Numbered from the whole stretch's first letter, positions 11,758 to 24,836 are shown. The stretch is DNA of 63,866 bases, filler included, from Asterionella formosa (GCA_002256025.1; 11 parts of 11 records of this genome joined end to end with filler, not necessarily neighbours in it), one strand, 5' to 3'. Program-made: numbers and translations. Notes: generated from the letters alone by a model not told the origin.

Positions 11758-12723
11758 ATGAAGAAGATCCTAGTTACAGTAGTTTTAACTTTCATCATGA
11801 TGCGACGATTTTGTTGTCCATTCACATTTTCAGTTTTGAACAAGAATGTTAAAAGCAACTACAACAAGAAGAAAAATGGCCGACCATTCTCAGCACTACT
11901 GCATTGTCATCAGTATCAGCAATCCATCCTTGGTTACAATCAAAACGACAACTTGACTCCATATACAATTGTGGATTGTCCCCCCACCGATCCAGAGGTA
12001 CTGTCAAGTGTCGTACAGAAATACTCAACACAATTCAATGTATGGTTAAAACACAAGCCCATTGCGAATCATACGAGACAAGCCTTTGATATGCTCCATT
12101 TGACAACCACCATGAACAGCACTACAAAAATTATACTTGATAGTGGCTGTGGGACTGCTAGATCTACGGAATTATTAGCTGATTTGTATCCAGATCATTT
12201 AGTGATTGGGATTGATCGATCCTTTGTACGGTTGAATCGAAATGTTGTCTATCGAAAGAACAACAACTTCAATACTCATAACGATCTCATCCACACAAGA
12301 CGTGACAAACCAAATCTACGATTGGTACGAGCCGAGTTGGCGGATTTTTGGAGATGTTGTTTAGAAGCCAATCTTACTATATCACGTCATTATCTCTTAT
12401 ACCCCAACCCATATCCCAAAAAATGTCGATTAACATCACGATGGTATGCACATCCGTCCTTTCCATTATTATTTCGTTTGGGGGGGAGTCAAATTATTAT
12501 CAAGAGCAATTGGAACTTGTATTTACAAGAATTTAGTCAAGCAGTATTGTATAGCACTACATTTGATGAACATGCAAGACCCTATATGGATTCGGCAAAG
12601 AAAGGGCCAGTGGAACGAATCGACAAGTCAGTGGCATGGACCAATTTTGAAAAAAAGTATGATGATGTGGGAGAAAAGACATTTGAATTGGTGTTGGAAA
12701 AGTCCGACATGATGCTATCATAA
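11758..12723 (+). CDS. trmB: TrmB-like tRNA (guanine-N7) SAM-dependent methyltransferase, possibly organelle-targeted
   Basis: IILDSGCGTARST, VIGIDRS, HYLLYPNPYPKK...RWYAHPSF, KSNW.LY.QEF, TNFEKKY; hydrophobic N-terminus followed by a basic/Asn-rich leader. Confidence 0.8.
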   Translation: MKKILVTVVLTFIMMRRFCCPFTFSVLNKNVKSNYNKKKNGRPFSALLHCHQYQQSILGYNQNDNLTPYTIVDCPPTDPEVLSSVVQKYSTQFNVWLKHKPIANHTRQAFDMLHLTTTMNSTTKIILDSGCGTARSTELLADLYPDHLVIGIDRSFVRLNRNVVYRKNNNFNTHNDLIHTRRDKPNLRLVRAELADFWRCCLEANLTISRHYLLYPNPYPKKCRLTSRWYAHPSFPLLFRLGGSQIIIKSNWNLYLQEFSQAVLYSTTFDEHARPYMDSAKKGPVERIDKSVAWTNFEKKYDDVGEKTFELVLEKSDMMLS

Positions 12724-12999
12724 TAGGTACATCTAGCTAATAAAAAATATTATCGTTACTAGCCATCCATCTCGATTTGTTCTTTTTGTAACTTTGTATA
12801 ACAGGAGTACCGGTATTATGCAAGTGACTTATGTAATAGATATACTAGTATATGTTTCGTTTGCTATATATCCATATATACTCCTCACCTTTGCCTGTTC
12901 TCCAAGTATACCATACCATATTTTATATCGATATACACACGCCATCATGTTGTTTCTCCCCACTTCCACTCAACACTCCATCACATCCAAGTTTTCTTT

Positions 13000-14422
13000 T
13001 TAAGAAAATACTTTTTCATATGTGCCCACTTGCAAATAACAAGTTGGCTGTTGTCCTCCAGCCAACAACCAACTCTCCAAATGAATTACAGCTGCACCAC
13101 CATCTCGAAGTTCCGTCACTACTCCAATTCCATACACCGACTTGACCTTATCTCCAACTCTAGCCCATGCACTTCCTACCGCCACCATTTGTTGTGCATC
13201 ATCTTCTTGTGCCGCAAGTATAGCATTTTCACTCAATCCCGTGGCATCTAAAATGCCATACACCACCTTTTCCAAGTTAAGTGTATAGAAATGCAAGACT
13301 GGGATACCAAAGTCCAACAATTCCTTGCACATGTTAGCGCCAAAGGCAATCCCAAAGGCCTTGACTGCCTCAGCATCGTCTTGGAGTGATTCCATGGTAT
13401 CATGTAATTCTTGGGGGACACGAGTTTTGCAAAATTTGGCCATTTTTTTGAATCCAGCATAGGCATTAATGCACATGAGTCCAGGAACAACGGGACAATG
13501 GATACCCCAAGAACGACAATCTGTAACAAATTGTTTATACACTTGCACATCAAAGAACATTTGTGTCATGATAAAGTCTTTTTGTGTGTAATGTGTGAGT
13601 GAAAGAGAGTGCCAAAATTGCAATTAGCCGTAACCAACAGTTTAATATATTTACCTGCCCCAGCATCCACTTTTCGTTTCAAATAGTCCATTTCTTTAGC
13701 ATAGTCCACGTCCTTGCAACAGTAATACTTTCCATCAAAGGTCGAACAACGTAACAATTCTTGTGGAGACAATCCTTCCGTGGTATCCAATTCCGAAATG
13801 GCATTTGGATGTCCTTCTGGATATCCAGCCACGGAAATTCCAAATGCATCACCAAATTCCGCACGAATGAACTCTACCAAATCCAAGGCACATTCAAATC
13901 CACCATTTGTAGCTACCCATTGATCTTGTCCACTTGGTGGATCCCCACGTAGCGCCACAATGTTACGTATCCCTCCGAGTAGTGCCGTTTCTAGGGCTTG
14001 TCGGACTGCTGCTTTTGGATCAGTAGTAGTAGTTGTTGTTGTTGTTGTTGAGGTCAAGTTGGTACAAGTGAGATGCAAATTGCAGACATGTCCAGTTTCA
14101 TGAGCGTGTTGGGCAATGCGAAGTGACAAATCAGCTGTCGATCCTCCAGCACCCCACGTCACGTCAGTAAAGAGTGGATGGAGTGTGGTCTTCATGCGCT
14201 CCATGCGAGAGTAGAGGTTCTGTTGGAATGAATGATTATGAGTGTGTGTGTGAGAGAGAGAGTGAATGTATACTACGAGAGATAGAGAGAGAAGGATGCA
14301 ACAGAACGTACAGCGACTCCTTCTTCAGAGCGAGGGGGGAAATACTCGAGGGAAGTAAAAGGAGCATCGTCTTCCGTTTTGGCGTTGAGCAAGTCGATGA
14401 TCTTTGGGTCTGGGGATGCCAT
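13000..14422 (-). CDS. MTHFR: Methylenetetrahydrofolate reductase (short form)
   Basis: Exons 14422-14312, 14219-13655, 13577-13000; GT-AG introns of 92 and 77 nt keep frame. Motifs SLEYFPP, DVTWGAGGST, LHLTC, ALRGDPP, VAGYPEGH, KVDAGADFIMTQMFFD, HFYTLN. Confidence 0.95.
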
Positions 14423-15497
14423 GATGTTGCCTTAACAAAAAAGAGAGAGATACGGGAAGTGACGCGGATCGAGTGGAGCACTAGGCTATTTTATGCAATA
14501 AAGGAACTGACAAACAGAACGAGCAATGCCAATCAGCATTGACATAGAAGAAAGATTGCCAGTAAACTAGAAACGAGCGGAGGCACGACGTGAATCTCAA
14601 TAGGAAGTGACGTTCTAAATTATGGAACGTTCGAAACCCGGAACCTTGTTTTGGCGGGAACAAGGAAGGACCTACTATGCATANNNNNNNNNNNNNNNNN
14701 NNNNNNNNNNNNNNNNNNNNNNNNNNNNNNNNNNNNNNNNNNNNNNNNNNNNNNNNNNNNNNNNNNNNNNNNNNNNNNNNNNNNNNNNNNNNNNNNNNNN
14801 NNNNNNNNNNNNNNNNNNNNNNNNNNNNNNNNNNNNNNNNNNNNNNNNNNNNNNNNNNNNNNNNNNNNNNNNNNNNNNNNNNNNNNNNNNNNNNNNNNNN
14901 NNNNNNNNNNNNNNNNNNNNNNNNNNNNNNNNNNNNNNNNNNNNNNNNNNNNNNNNNNNNNNNNNNNNNNNNNNNNNNNNNNNNNNNNNNNNNNNNNNNN
15001 NNNNNNNNNNNNNNNNNNNNNNNNNNNNNNNNNNNNNNNNNNNNNNNNNNNNNNNNNNNNNNNNNNNNNNNNNNNNNNNNNNNNNNNNNNNNNNNNNNNN
15101 NNNNNNNNNNNNNNNNNNNNNNNNNNNNNNNNNNNNNNNNNNNNNNNNNNNNNNNNNNNNNNNNNNNNNNNNNNNNNNNNNNNNNNNNNNNNNNNNNNNN
15201 NNNNNNNNNNNNNNNNNNNNNNNNNNNNNNNNNNNNNNNNNNNNNNNNNNNNNNNNNNNNNNNNNNNNNNNNNNNNNNNNNNNNNNNNNNNNNNNNNNNN
15301 NNNNNNNNNNNNNNNNNNNNNNNNNNNNNNNNNNNNNNNNNNNNNNNNNNNNNNNNNNNNNNNNNNNNNNNNNNNNNNNNNNNNNNNNNNNNNNNNNNNN
15401 NNNNNNNNNNNNNNNNNNNNNNNNNNNNNNNNNNNNNNTATCATTGTTGTGCCTCACATCAATAACGACCAAACAAACAACCATCCACCCACCCACC

Positions 15498-16856
15498 ATG
15501 CCACCTAAAAAGAACAAAAACGACGACCTCCTCGGCATGATGCGTGCTGCTCGCTTTGGCCGTGTCAAGAACGATTTGTCCATGGGATTTGTTGGATTGC
15601 CCAATGTGGGGAAGTCAACCTTGACCAACTTATTGGCTGGTGCTATGCATGCCGAGGCTGCCAATTATCCTTTCTGTACCATTGATCCAAACATTGTTCA
15701 AGCCATTGTTCCTGATCAGAAATTCAAGTACTTGGTAGATGTCTACAAACCAACATCGATTGTCCCGGCGGTGCTCAAGATTGTGGACATTGCTGGACTG
15801 ATCAAGGGCGCCTCCGAGGGGGCGGGATTGGGAAATGCCTTTTTAAGTCACATTGCAGCAGTCGATGGGATATTTCATCTTATTAGAGCTTTTGATAATG
15901 ATGAAGTGATACATGTGGATGATAGTGTAGATCCCATTAGAGACCTCAATACTATTGAAGGGGAACTGTGCCTCAAGGACAAGGATACACTTTCAAAGGT
16001 ATTGGAACGAGAGAAAGACAGAGTACGCAAGGAAAAGGGAATTGCTCGAGCCAACGATCCACCATTGTCAGAAGCATTCCAATCGGCATTGGAAAAGTGC
16101 ATCAAATTGATTGAATCGACAACGCCAGTGCAAACTGGGGAATTTACTTCGGCTGAAGTGGAAATTATCAAGGATTGGGGACTTATCACGACCAAGCCTC
16201 AAGTATATGTCATAAACATGACGCAAAAGAACTTTATTCGAAAGGGGAGTAAGTGGCTTCCCAAGATTTCCGAATGGGTCAAACAACATGGTGGAGGACA
16301 AATTATTCCCATGAGTTGTGAATTTGAACAAAAGTTGTTTGATTTGAAGGATGATGCAGATGCATCCAAGGGTACGTTTATATCATGTGTGTGTGTGTGT
16401 CATGACTAATATTAAATATTTATATACATAACTAACGAATAACGGAACATTTTAGCATTCCTTGATCAATGCTGTGAAGAAGCCAAGGCGCTTGGTCTCA
16501 AGGGACCCAATGCAGATGTCAAGTCGGTTGTCCCTCGTATCATTCGTTCAGGCCGAGCTGCATTATGCTTGCAATCGTTTTACACATGTGGACCCAAGGA
16601 AGTCAGAGCATGGACCATTCAACAAGGCACTCTGGCACCACAAGCGGCAGGAGTTATTCATACTGACTTTGAACGAGGATTCATCAAGGCAGAAGTGGCA
16701 AACTTTGATGACTTTAAAGAATTGCATGGAGGGTTGCCAAGTATGGCGAAAATTAAGGAAGCTGGAAAGTATAGACAAGAGGGGAAAACCTATGTCATGG
16801 CCGAAGGAGATATTTGTATTTTTATGCACAATGTCACGACAGCAAAGAAGAAGTAG
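15498..16856 (+). CDS. OLA1: Obg-like ATPase OLA1/YchF
   Basis: Exons 15498-16371 and 16456-16856 (84-nt intron GTACGT...TTTAG). Motifs GLPNVGKST, NYPFCTIDPN, DIAGL, GLGNAFL, and TGS domain APQAAGVIHTDFERGFI...YRQEGKTY. Confidence 0.97.
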
Positions 16857-17804
16857 TAGGCAAAAAATTTGCTCAACTACCTCATTGATTGTCCTTGTGC
16901 TTGATACATTACCCGGCATATGATGTTGTATCGTAGCAAAACAGAAGAAAAATGAATAATTTAGTGAAGCACACCGTTTAGCAATCATGACTGCAAATCA
17001 TGTATTATATGCGGAGGGTTCTTGCCGCCATACTTATGCTTTGTGTCGCTGCAATTTCGACGTGCACAACAACTAGACACTAATCAACTACCGGTAGTAG
17101 CACTTGTGAGTTGATACTTGGTAGTTTCTTGATGTGGATGTAGATAACAAATTTGTAGGAGGCCTCAAGTTTCATTGTTGTATCCCTTGTTTTTGACGAT
17201 CACGAGGTGGTATAGGAATCAGAAATAATTGTTCAGACCAAACTTTAATTGCAATGCAAGTGTTTCCTTCACTCTTTTGTGGTTATGTGCTATTCTTTGA
17301 TATCGTCGTCTGATATGTGGTTCAGTATTGATAATCTAAATATATTTAGGTCCAGTCCTTTACAGCTAGCTACAGACGAAAAGTACCTGGTACATAAGGT
17401 TTGAACATCAAGAACACCAAGCAAATCGCATAAAGATGTTGCTTCACACAACGAGAAGAACATGGCGAAACTACAGAAATGCATACCCGGTAGACGACTG
17501 TTGTATGTGTGCATNNNNNNNNNNNNNNNNNNNNNNNNNNNNNNNNNNNNNNNNNNNNTTAATTAATTAANNNNNNNNNNNNNNNNNNNNNNNNNNNNNN
17601 NNNNNNNNNNNNNNTATCCATACCAACACCACAACTACAGTCCTTCAAGCCAATCGCACCAACAGCAACAAGAACAGAAAGCGTCGCTTGGTTGAGGACA
17701 CAAATACTGCCACCACTCATACTGCTGCAGCGGCCACTGCGACTGACAACACGTCAAGTGCTATTATTAGTGCAGACAAAAACAGTAGCAGCAACAACAA
17801 CAAG

Positions 17805-20800
17805 ATGGAAAGTGGTGGATGGCGTGTGAAATTATATCGTCTCAATGCTGACGGATCATGGGATGATTGTGGTACTGGTCGAATTTTATGCCTTTACAAG
17901 CAAGCAATCAACAGAACACAACAGCAACAACAACAACAACAACAACAATACTACCAGTCCCACTATTACTTCTACAAATAATGAACAACAACTACATCAT
18001 CATCAACAACAACAACAACAACATCTTCTGTATCAGGTGGAGAACCAACCTTGTGCATGTATTCAGAACCACCACCATCACGTGTCCTATTACGAACAAG
18101 AATATTATTACGCGATGCCTATCAACGACAAGGGGATAATATTATTACATGGTGTGAACCGTATGATGAAGAAACTAATCCAACATCTGTACATGCTTCT
18201 ACAAACAATACTACTTCTAGTAGTACTAATACTCTTTATCAAGATCAAGGAGGAGGACCAGTTTCTCAAGGGGTACGTACATTGTGGGTGAGGGTGTGCT
18301 TGGATTTCGTATTTCCTGTCCTTTAGACTTCCTCACACAGCAACAACAACCACCCCCGATTATTTTACAGGTTGATCTAGCACTCTCATTTCAAGACAAT
18401 GCAGGATGTTTAGATATATGGCGTCAAATTACCCATGTTCAAACTCTTGCTGCTGCTACTGTTGTTGCATCATCATCATCTGCTATAACATCAACATTAT
18501 CAACAACAATATCACCTTCATCGTCTGTTACTGATATGGCACATGCTATTGCTGTTGCACATCACGCTGCATTACAACAGCAGCAGCAGCAACAACAACA
18601 TGCGATGTGGATGCATGCTGCAAGAGATGCAAGATTAATGCAACAACAAGATGTTGATGATGAAGATGATGTTGGTGGTCACAATAGTAACAACAACCAC
18701 AATGCAATGGCAGCAGCAGCTGCTGCTGCTTCCGTTGCTTCTTATCATCACCATCATAATCATCATCTTTCGACAGCATTTACAGAATCATCCTCACTAT
18801 TACCAGTTCCACCAACATTACAAAATTTAGAGGAAGTTGCAGATTTAATTGCTGCTGCACAACAAGCCATGCAACAACGAGATTCATTGGCCATGTATAT
18901 TTCTCAACAAGATTGTGCATATTTGAAAGCTTTGTTAAATTTATTCCCTGCTGCAGAAATTAAACAAGATTATGGGGCGTTGGCGACATTGGCAGCATGT
19001 ATCAAAACTATTCTTTTATTGAATGATCCAGCTATTATTGAATGCATCGTATCGCAAGGATTCATGTATGAACAAGTTTGCAGTGCTCTGGAATATGATC
19101 CGGATTTACGAGACAAGGCCAATCATCGATGGTTTTTGAGGGAGCGATGTAAGTTTAGAACAGTGGTCTGGATGGACGATGAGGCGTTGGTAGAAACGAT
19201 TCATAGGTCATTTAGAGTCACGTATTTGAGGGATACACTGTTACGACCTACAATGGATGAGTCATCCTTGTCCACCTTGTCATCCTTGCAAACATTTACG
19301 CATGCTGATGTTGTCAAGGGTGTTACGTGTCCATTGCAAGGATCAAGGGGAGACTCTTATTTAATCAAAGTCATTCGGGTATTGGGCATAGAACTTGGGG
19401 AAATCAGTACATTAGAATGGGCAGCTCTCGAGGAGGACAAACGTATACCCTATAAGGCTGTTGAATCCCCGCAATCGGCTGAACCAACAAAGGAGAAGAA
19501 CAGCAGCAACACGACATGGAGACAGCACCTGTGCCCACAGGATGGGTCTCTACAAAGTCGCAAGATTCGAAGACGGGGATGTCTGAGCTTCTTTCGAGAG
19601 CTGTTTAACATGGTTCGAATATCACTACAACAAAGTGATAAAGACGACTTTTACGCTGCCATTGTGGGGATGGAAGTTGAATTACAAGAAAATTCGGATG
19701 GCACTCCACCAGCTTTAGTTAACATACTATCTCTTCTCGGGTCTGTCATATCTGATCCAAACGCCGACGTGACGGAAATTTCCGGGATCTTGGAAATCAT
19801 TGGAGGTATTGCAATACATGATCCAAGTCACATCCGGCGACATTGCCTGGAATATCACGAGATCTGGAAGCGATCCCCTCGGGCACAAGCAGAGTTGACC
19901 GGACCAGCCAAGCCATATCCCAACGACCGTCGCCAAATACTATTTCGGATCCCCCCGAACGATATCTTGGCGTCTCTCTTATTCTTAATGGCCGCAGAAA
20001 CAGACGCAGGCATTTTGCTGCAAACATCTGAAATTATGCGAATCATTTTAGAAACTGACATGATGGGAGAACACGGACCAATGGGTACCATTGGTGCAGA
20101 AGAAATGGAAGGACCGGGACTACATGACACAATATTAGGAGAATTTCCAAATGGAGTGGATCAAGCAACCAGATCAGGCGAAGGAGGGTCCGATCAAAGT
20201 CAATTCTTGGCCCTCTTTTATGAATACTACGTTCATTGGTTAGTTGCACCGTTTCAATGCACAATCGTATACCCTGCATCTCGCTTTCCTGATAGCGTCA
20301 TTGCGGATCCGGCCAAGTCGAAACTATTGCAATGTCTCCGTGATACCTTTCATCGTGGAGTATCTAGAACGGATACTCTTTTGCGAACCGTACATCCTTG
20401 TTCCATTCGGGGATCCTTTGCCGTGGAACTTCTTAGTTTTTGTGTTCGAGCGCATTTGTATCGAATGAAGTTCTTTCTGTTGAGATCGCGAGTTCTTGGA
20501 AATGTGTTGAAGCTCCTTTCCCCAACAGCATCCGCCACTTCTGGTGATCGATGTCTGAAGTTGGCCGCACTACGATTTCTTCGATCTATTTTATCAGTCA
20601 AGGATGAATTCTACCATCGGCACATAATTCAACACAACCTCTTTGCACCAGTGTTTGACGCCTTTCGAGCTAATCCTGTTGGCGATAACTTAGTCTCGTC
20701 CGCTATTGTTGAAATGTGCGACTTTATTCAGGGACAGAAAATCAAGTCTTTGATTGAATACATTGCAACACAACACTTGATAACTCCAGGTGCTGGCCAG

Positions 20801-21265
20801 AAAAGCCTTGAAGAAGTGGCTACTCCTTATGTCAACACGTTGACGACTTTGCGGAAAACATACGACAGCAACCAGCACACAGATGTGTCAGACGGGTTGA
20901 AGGAAGGACCCATGGACCATGACAGTCCAAATAGTCCAACTTCTTATGGCAATCGTCTTTTCCCCACTATGGGAGGCCGACGCTCCGAGCCGACAAGCGA
21001 AAGAGCCATGGAAGACCAGCGAAAATTCCGAGTGTCGGGATCTGAGGAGTCATATTTTGATGACGACGATGACGAGGACGATCCACTTTCGCCCCGAAGT
21101 ACTTCAATGACAACGGAACAACCCGATGGTCAACTTGTTGATGGGACATCACTTTCAAACCACACGCAAACAAGTACAAATATGTTCCTACAAGTGGGAC
21201 GTATAGACGATGAAACAATCAGTGATTACAAGCCAATGGATATCGACCTAGAGCCAATTCTATAA
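17805..21265 (+). CDS. PPP4R3: Ser/Thr phosphatase 4 regulatory subunit 3 (SMEK/PSY2/falafel); 5' structure uncertain
   Basis: EVH1-like start [30 protein letters not shown]; intron 18273-18370 then [56 protein letters not shown]. In-frame stops at 17979-17984 are unresolved, and the ORF may start upstream toward the gap. Confidence 0.9.
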
Positions 21266-21483
21266 TGTAAACTTGTGACGTAATATAAATGGGAATCTAA
21301 TTTTTTTTAAGTATGCCTGAAACGAGCCTCAACTGTAGAGTAAGTTCATTGGGTATATGTGCGGGTATATTAACTCATGGCTCATGGCGTAAATATAGAC
21401 TCGAGAAAAACATATATTTGGAAAAGTTCCCATCTGTCAAACCAGGCTCAATAATAGCAGAAACAGTGTTACACCATGACACT

Positions 21484-23310
21484 TTATACTAGAAGCGTAG
21501 ACTCCAATCCATCAGCATTAAGGCTCCTGCCTGATGAGGGACGACAGAGATCCCATATATTGGTCCTCCGAAACTTGAACGATAACGGCATAGCCCTTGA
21601 GGTAATTCTATTCTTGACGCCATGTGATGGCATCTTTTCCGTCTCCATCTGAAAGGCATGGACCACAAGTTCGTGCAAGTCCACTGTGATCATATTTATA
21701 CCTTTAGGGGCCATTGTAATGATATCATTGGTCCGACTTTCAGCAAATTTTTTGCGCTTATTTTTTCTGAATTTCTTTTTGCTTTTCTTTCTACTCAATG
21801 TCTCCTTGACAAGCTTGTCAAAGGAGCGATCGGCTGATGTGCACTTGTCTTTTTTCTCGTTCAAGTACCCGGTTTCAGCAACATTGTTGCCTTCACTGCT
21901 TTGCGATGACTGGCCGGATGGGGCCCAATTCTCATTATTTCTCAAGTGTCGACTGGTTAAGGCAAGTTTTCTCGCTATCGTGGCTCGGCGCGAGATCCCG
22001 ACAAAGGGACCGATAACAGCTTCACTCCTTGTTTTGACAAGTGTCAGATTTCGGCAATTCGGAAATCCACCTTGTTCAAAAAGCTCATCAACAAAATGCA
22101 CAGACTTGTTCCGATTAGCAATTGGCCTACCGAACAGGGATGGATCAATGCTCTTGTGACTGCATGTCGATTTCAATGTTCTGTTAGAATTCAGGCGCTG
22201 TAATTGGCCCATTGTTATAATCGCCTTGGTCCCTCCTCCTCCATTGCCGCTGCGATCAAACTTCTTGTTTTTGCTTTTCGTGTGTTTCGTTTCCTTTGGT
22301 CTACTATTCGTACTGTCGTGTTTGTCACCCACATTTCCGTTTTCATAGATATGGATACCTTTGCCGTCGCGGCTTTTCCTTCGCAACGAATCCCGTCCAG
22401 TTTGTAGCAGCAGACTGGATGATTTCCGCTTCTCGTCGTCACTACTACTAGTAGTAGCACGCCATGGAGATGCAGTCGTACCACGCTTCCAAGAAATGTC
22501 CGAGGAATCCCTACAACTTAAGCTCCGACTGGTCAAGAATGTCGTTTTCACCGATGCTGTATGATTATTAAAGGAAGAACCTAAAACGGATCCTAAAACA
22601 GATTCGCTTCTTGCTTCAAGACGTGTCAAAAATCGACCATCCGGTAACTTTCCACCTTTCCCCAAAAAGTCCTCCACCAAACGCACTGATTTGTTCCGTT
22701 CTACAGGCGGTCTTTCAAAAAATGCTGGATCAAAGGCTGGATCAACAAGAGTCGTTTGACTGCTGCGTAGGTTGGGACTCAGCGTTGTTCTACTTTTACT
22801 TTTTGCGGATGATGGTAGTGTCGACAAATCGACACGTTTCTGATCAACATGATGATGATGCGCCATTGCAATGATACTGCCATTTGTGTCTCTCTTGGTT
22901 AGTGATGATGGCAAGGATCGTTCTTCTTTCGTTGACTCATCATATATGACCATGAGATCAGGGGAATTGGACTTTTTGGCTTTTGTAGTAGGAACAGTGG
23001 CGATGGTGGAATTTTGGATATTATTCATGACATTCATATTAGTTGTTGTACTTGCAGATTTTGTCCCCAGCCGACGTTGAGGTTTCATGTCATCAGATTG
23101 ATGTGAACGACGAGACGATCGATCGAACAATTGTTCCGATAATGCTCGATTCAATAATGATCTCTGGTGTTGTTGCTGAAAAGGAGCGCCTGCGCCTGCT
23201 GCCAAAAGGCCCTTTTGAACGTTCCCTGATCGTGGAGTGATCTCGCCCATGTCGACGAGATTGTCATCGTATAGTCTATTGGGTGAACCATGTCTCACCA
23301 TGTGTTGCAT
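21484..23310 (-). CDS. Unknown Ser/Lys/Arg-rich, probably disordered protein with an internal two-copy motif
   Basis: 608-aa uninterrupted ORF from an ATG, convergent with PP4R3; duplicated DPxxFxRPxxxRNKSV...RSExVxG motif. Confidence 0.7.
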   Translation of the reverse strand: MQHMVRHGSPNRLYDDNLVDMGEITPRSGNVQKGLLAAGAGAPFQQQHQRSLLNRALSEQLFDRSSRRSHQSDDMKPQRRLGTKSASTTTNMNVMNNIQNSTIATVPTTKAKKSNSPDLMVIYDESTKEERSLPSSLTKRDTNGSIIAMAHHHHVDQKRVDLSTLPSSAKSKSRTTLSPNLRSSQTTLVDPAFDPAFFERPPVERNKSVRLVEDFLGKGGKLPDGRFLTRLEARSESVLGSVLGSSFNNHTASVKTTFLTSRSLSCRDSSDISWKRGTTASPWRATTSSSDDEKRKSSSLLLQTGRDSLRRKSRDGKGIHIYENGNVGDKHDSTNSRPKETKHTKSKNKKFDRSGNGGGGTKAIITMGQLQRLNSNRTLKSTCSHKSIDPSLFGRPIANRNKSVHFVDELFEQGGFPNCRNLTLVKTRSEAVIGPFVGISRRATIARKLALTSRHLRNNENWAPSGQSSQSSEGNNVAETGYLNEKKDKCTSADRSFDKLVKETLSRKKSKKKFRKNKRKKFAESRTNDIITMAPKGINMITVDLHELVVHAFQMETEKMPSHGVKNRITSRAMPLSFKFRRTNIWDLCRPSSGRSLNADGLESTLLV

Positions 23311-23480
23311 ATCTACGTTTGTCTATGGAATAGAGATGGAAGGAGAGGTGCGTTTGATACGCGAAATGGTAGACAGTGCCNNNNNNNNNNNNNNNNNNNN
23401 NNNNNNNNNNNNNNNNNNNNNNNNTTAATTAATTAANNNNNNNNNNNNNNNNNNNNNNNNNNNNNNNNNNNNNNNNNNNN

Positions 23481-24836
23481 TGTACACTAGTATCCCGCAA
23501 GATATATGCAATTACGCCTCTGTATTTTATGGAGTCAAAGGTATCAAAAAAATATCTTCAGATTTTAAAGATCTTGCATATTGGGACCTTGAAACAATTA
23601 CCTCTATATTTGAAGAAAAAGCATCACATAGCTATGATACATTAATCTTAAAATTATGATGATTTTATAAAATGTATATGATATAATTTTGATCAAAATA
23701 TGATCATGTAAAAATAGTACAATGACAATAAAATACGATAAAATATGTACGCAAGTGTTACCAAGACATCATAGAATATAAATCAAGCAATCATAAAGTA
23801 TGTTAATTAATATATATGTTTGTCGTTTAATGTATACAGTTAAAGTCAACAGTTAATATGATAGTATCATACAGTGGATAGGATCTAAGTACATGGATGC
23901 GTTGATATGTACATCACTATAATATGATTTGTGATATGGATTGATGCATATCACATACCGGTATTCTCAACAACCAGCCATCACGTTCATTTTCGTGTCG
24001 TCTTTCCTTGTTTTAGCTATATACCGGTATATGCCAGCATGTGTATTGTGTAAACACTACGCTGGCGGAACATGCATATTACACTGTGCTCTGTTCAACA
24101 ATTACTACATTCGCTTACCATCACACCAGTTCCACCTCCACAGGCGCCGCAATAAGCTCTGCGAAAAGCTCCGTGTTTCCCTTCCATTGTTTTACATCAT
24201 TGTCTTCTGGCCCTTTGACAACTTTCCAAATGGCATTTCACGGATCACGGATTTCATGGAAAGGATCAGTCAAACAAGAAACGAGACTTACTTCCATGGT
24301 TTACACTACACGACTTTATGCTTTCGGAAAAGAAGATGAAGAAAGTTATGAAATCAATCGAAGATTCCTTTGAATACACTCAAAGATCAAATGAATTTGA
24401 ACAGATTCATAATACTCCAGAAAAAATAATGAAGTATGCCAATCGTCTCAATAGTGGCAGATATTGAAAAGAAGGAATGATTGCTTTCGAAGAGGAAACC
24501 CAAACAGTTGGTCTTCGTGGATGAAGACTCTATTAATACAGAGTCACAGTTCCACCATCCAGTGTCGTATTATGCTCCTCATTCTCCCGAAATCGCTGAT
24601 AATGAAGAAGAACTCAGTGATTCTCATTCATTTGATAAACAAATTCATGCGATGAATGAAAATATCGGCGGAAATATGGCAGACAACACTTCAGAAGTAG
24701 AAATGCTTGAAAATTTGCAAAACCAAGAAACATATCTTACTATCCGTCCAGAACATCAAGATGAACATCATTAAGCAGAGAAACTATTGAATTTCTAAAA
24801 GAACCGATATTGAAGAAAAAGTCTGAGCTAGATCAA
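23481..24836 (+). mobile_element. Truncated second copy of the accessory-ORF region of the Plavaka-like element
   Basis: 23481-23607 matches 30542-30668; about 23792-24836 matches 29348-30257, with an extra ~130 nt at about 24146-24275. Confidence 0.8.

Noticed and set aside
14620..15664. Long ORFs made of X residues
   Set aside because: Artefacts of the N-gap; only the OLA1 part from 15498 is real.
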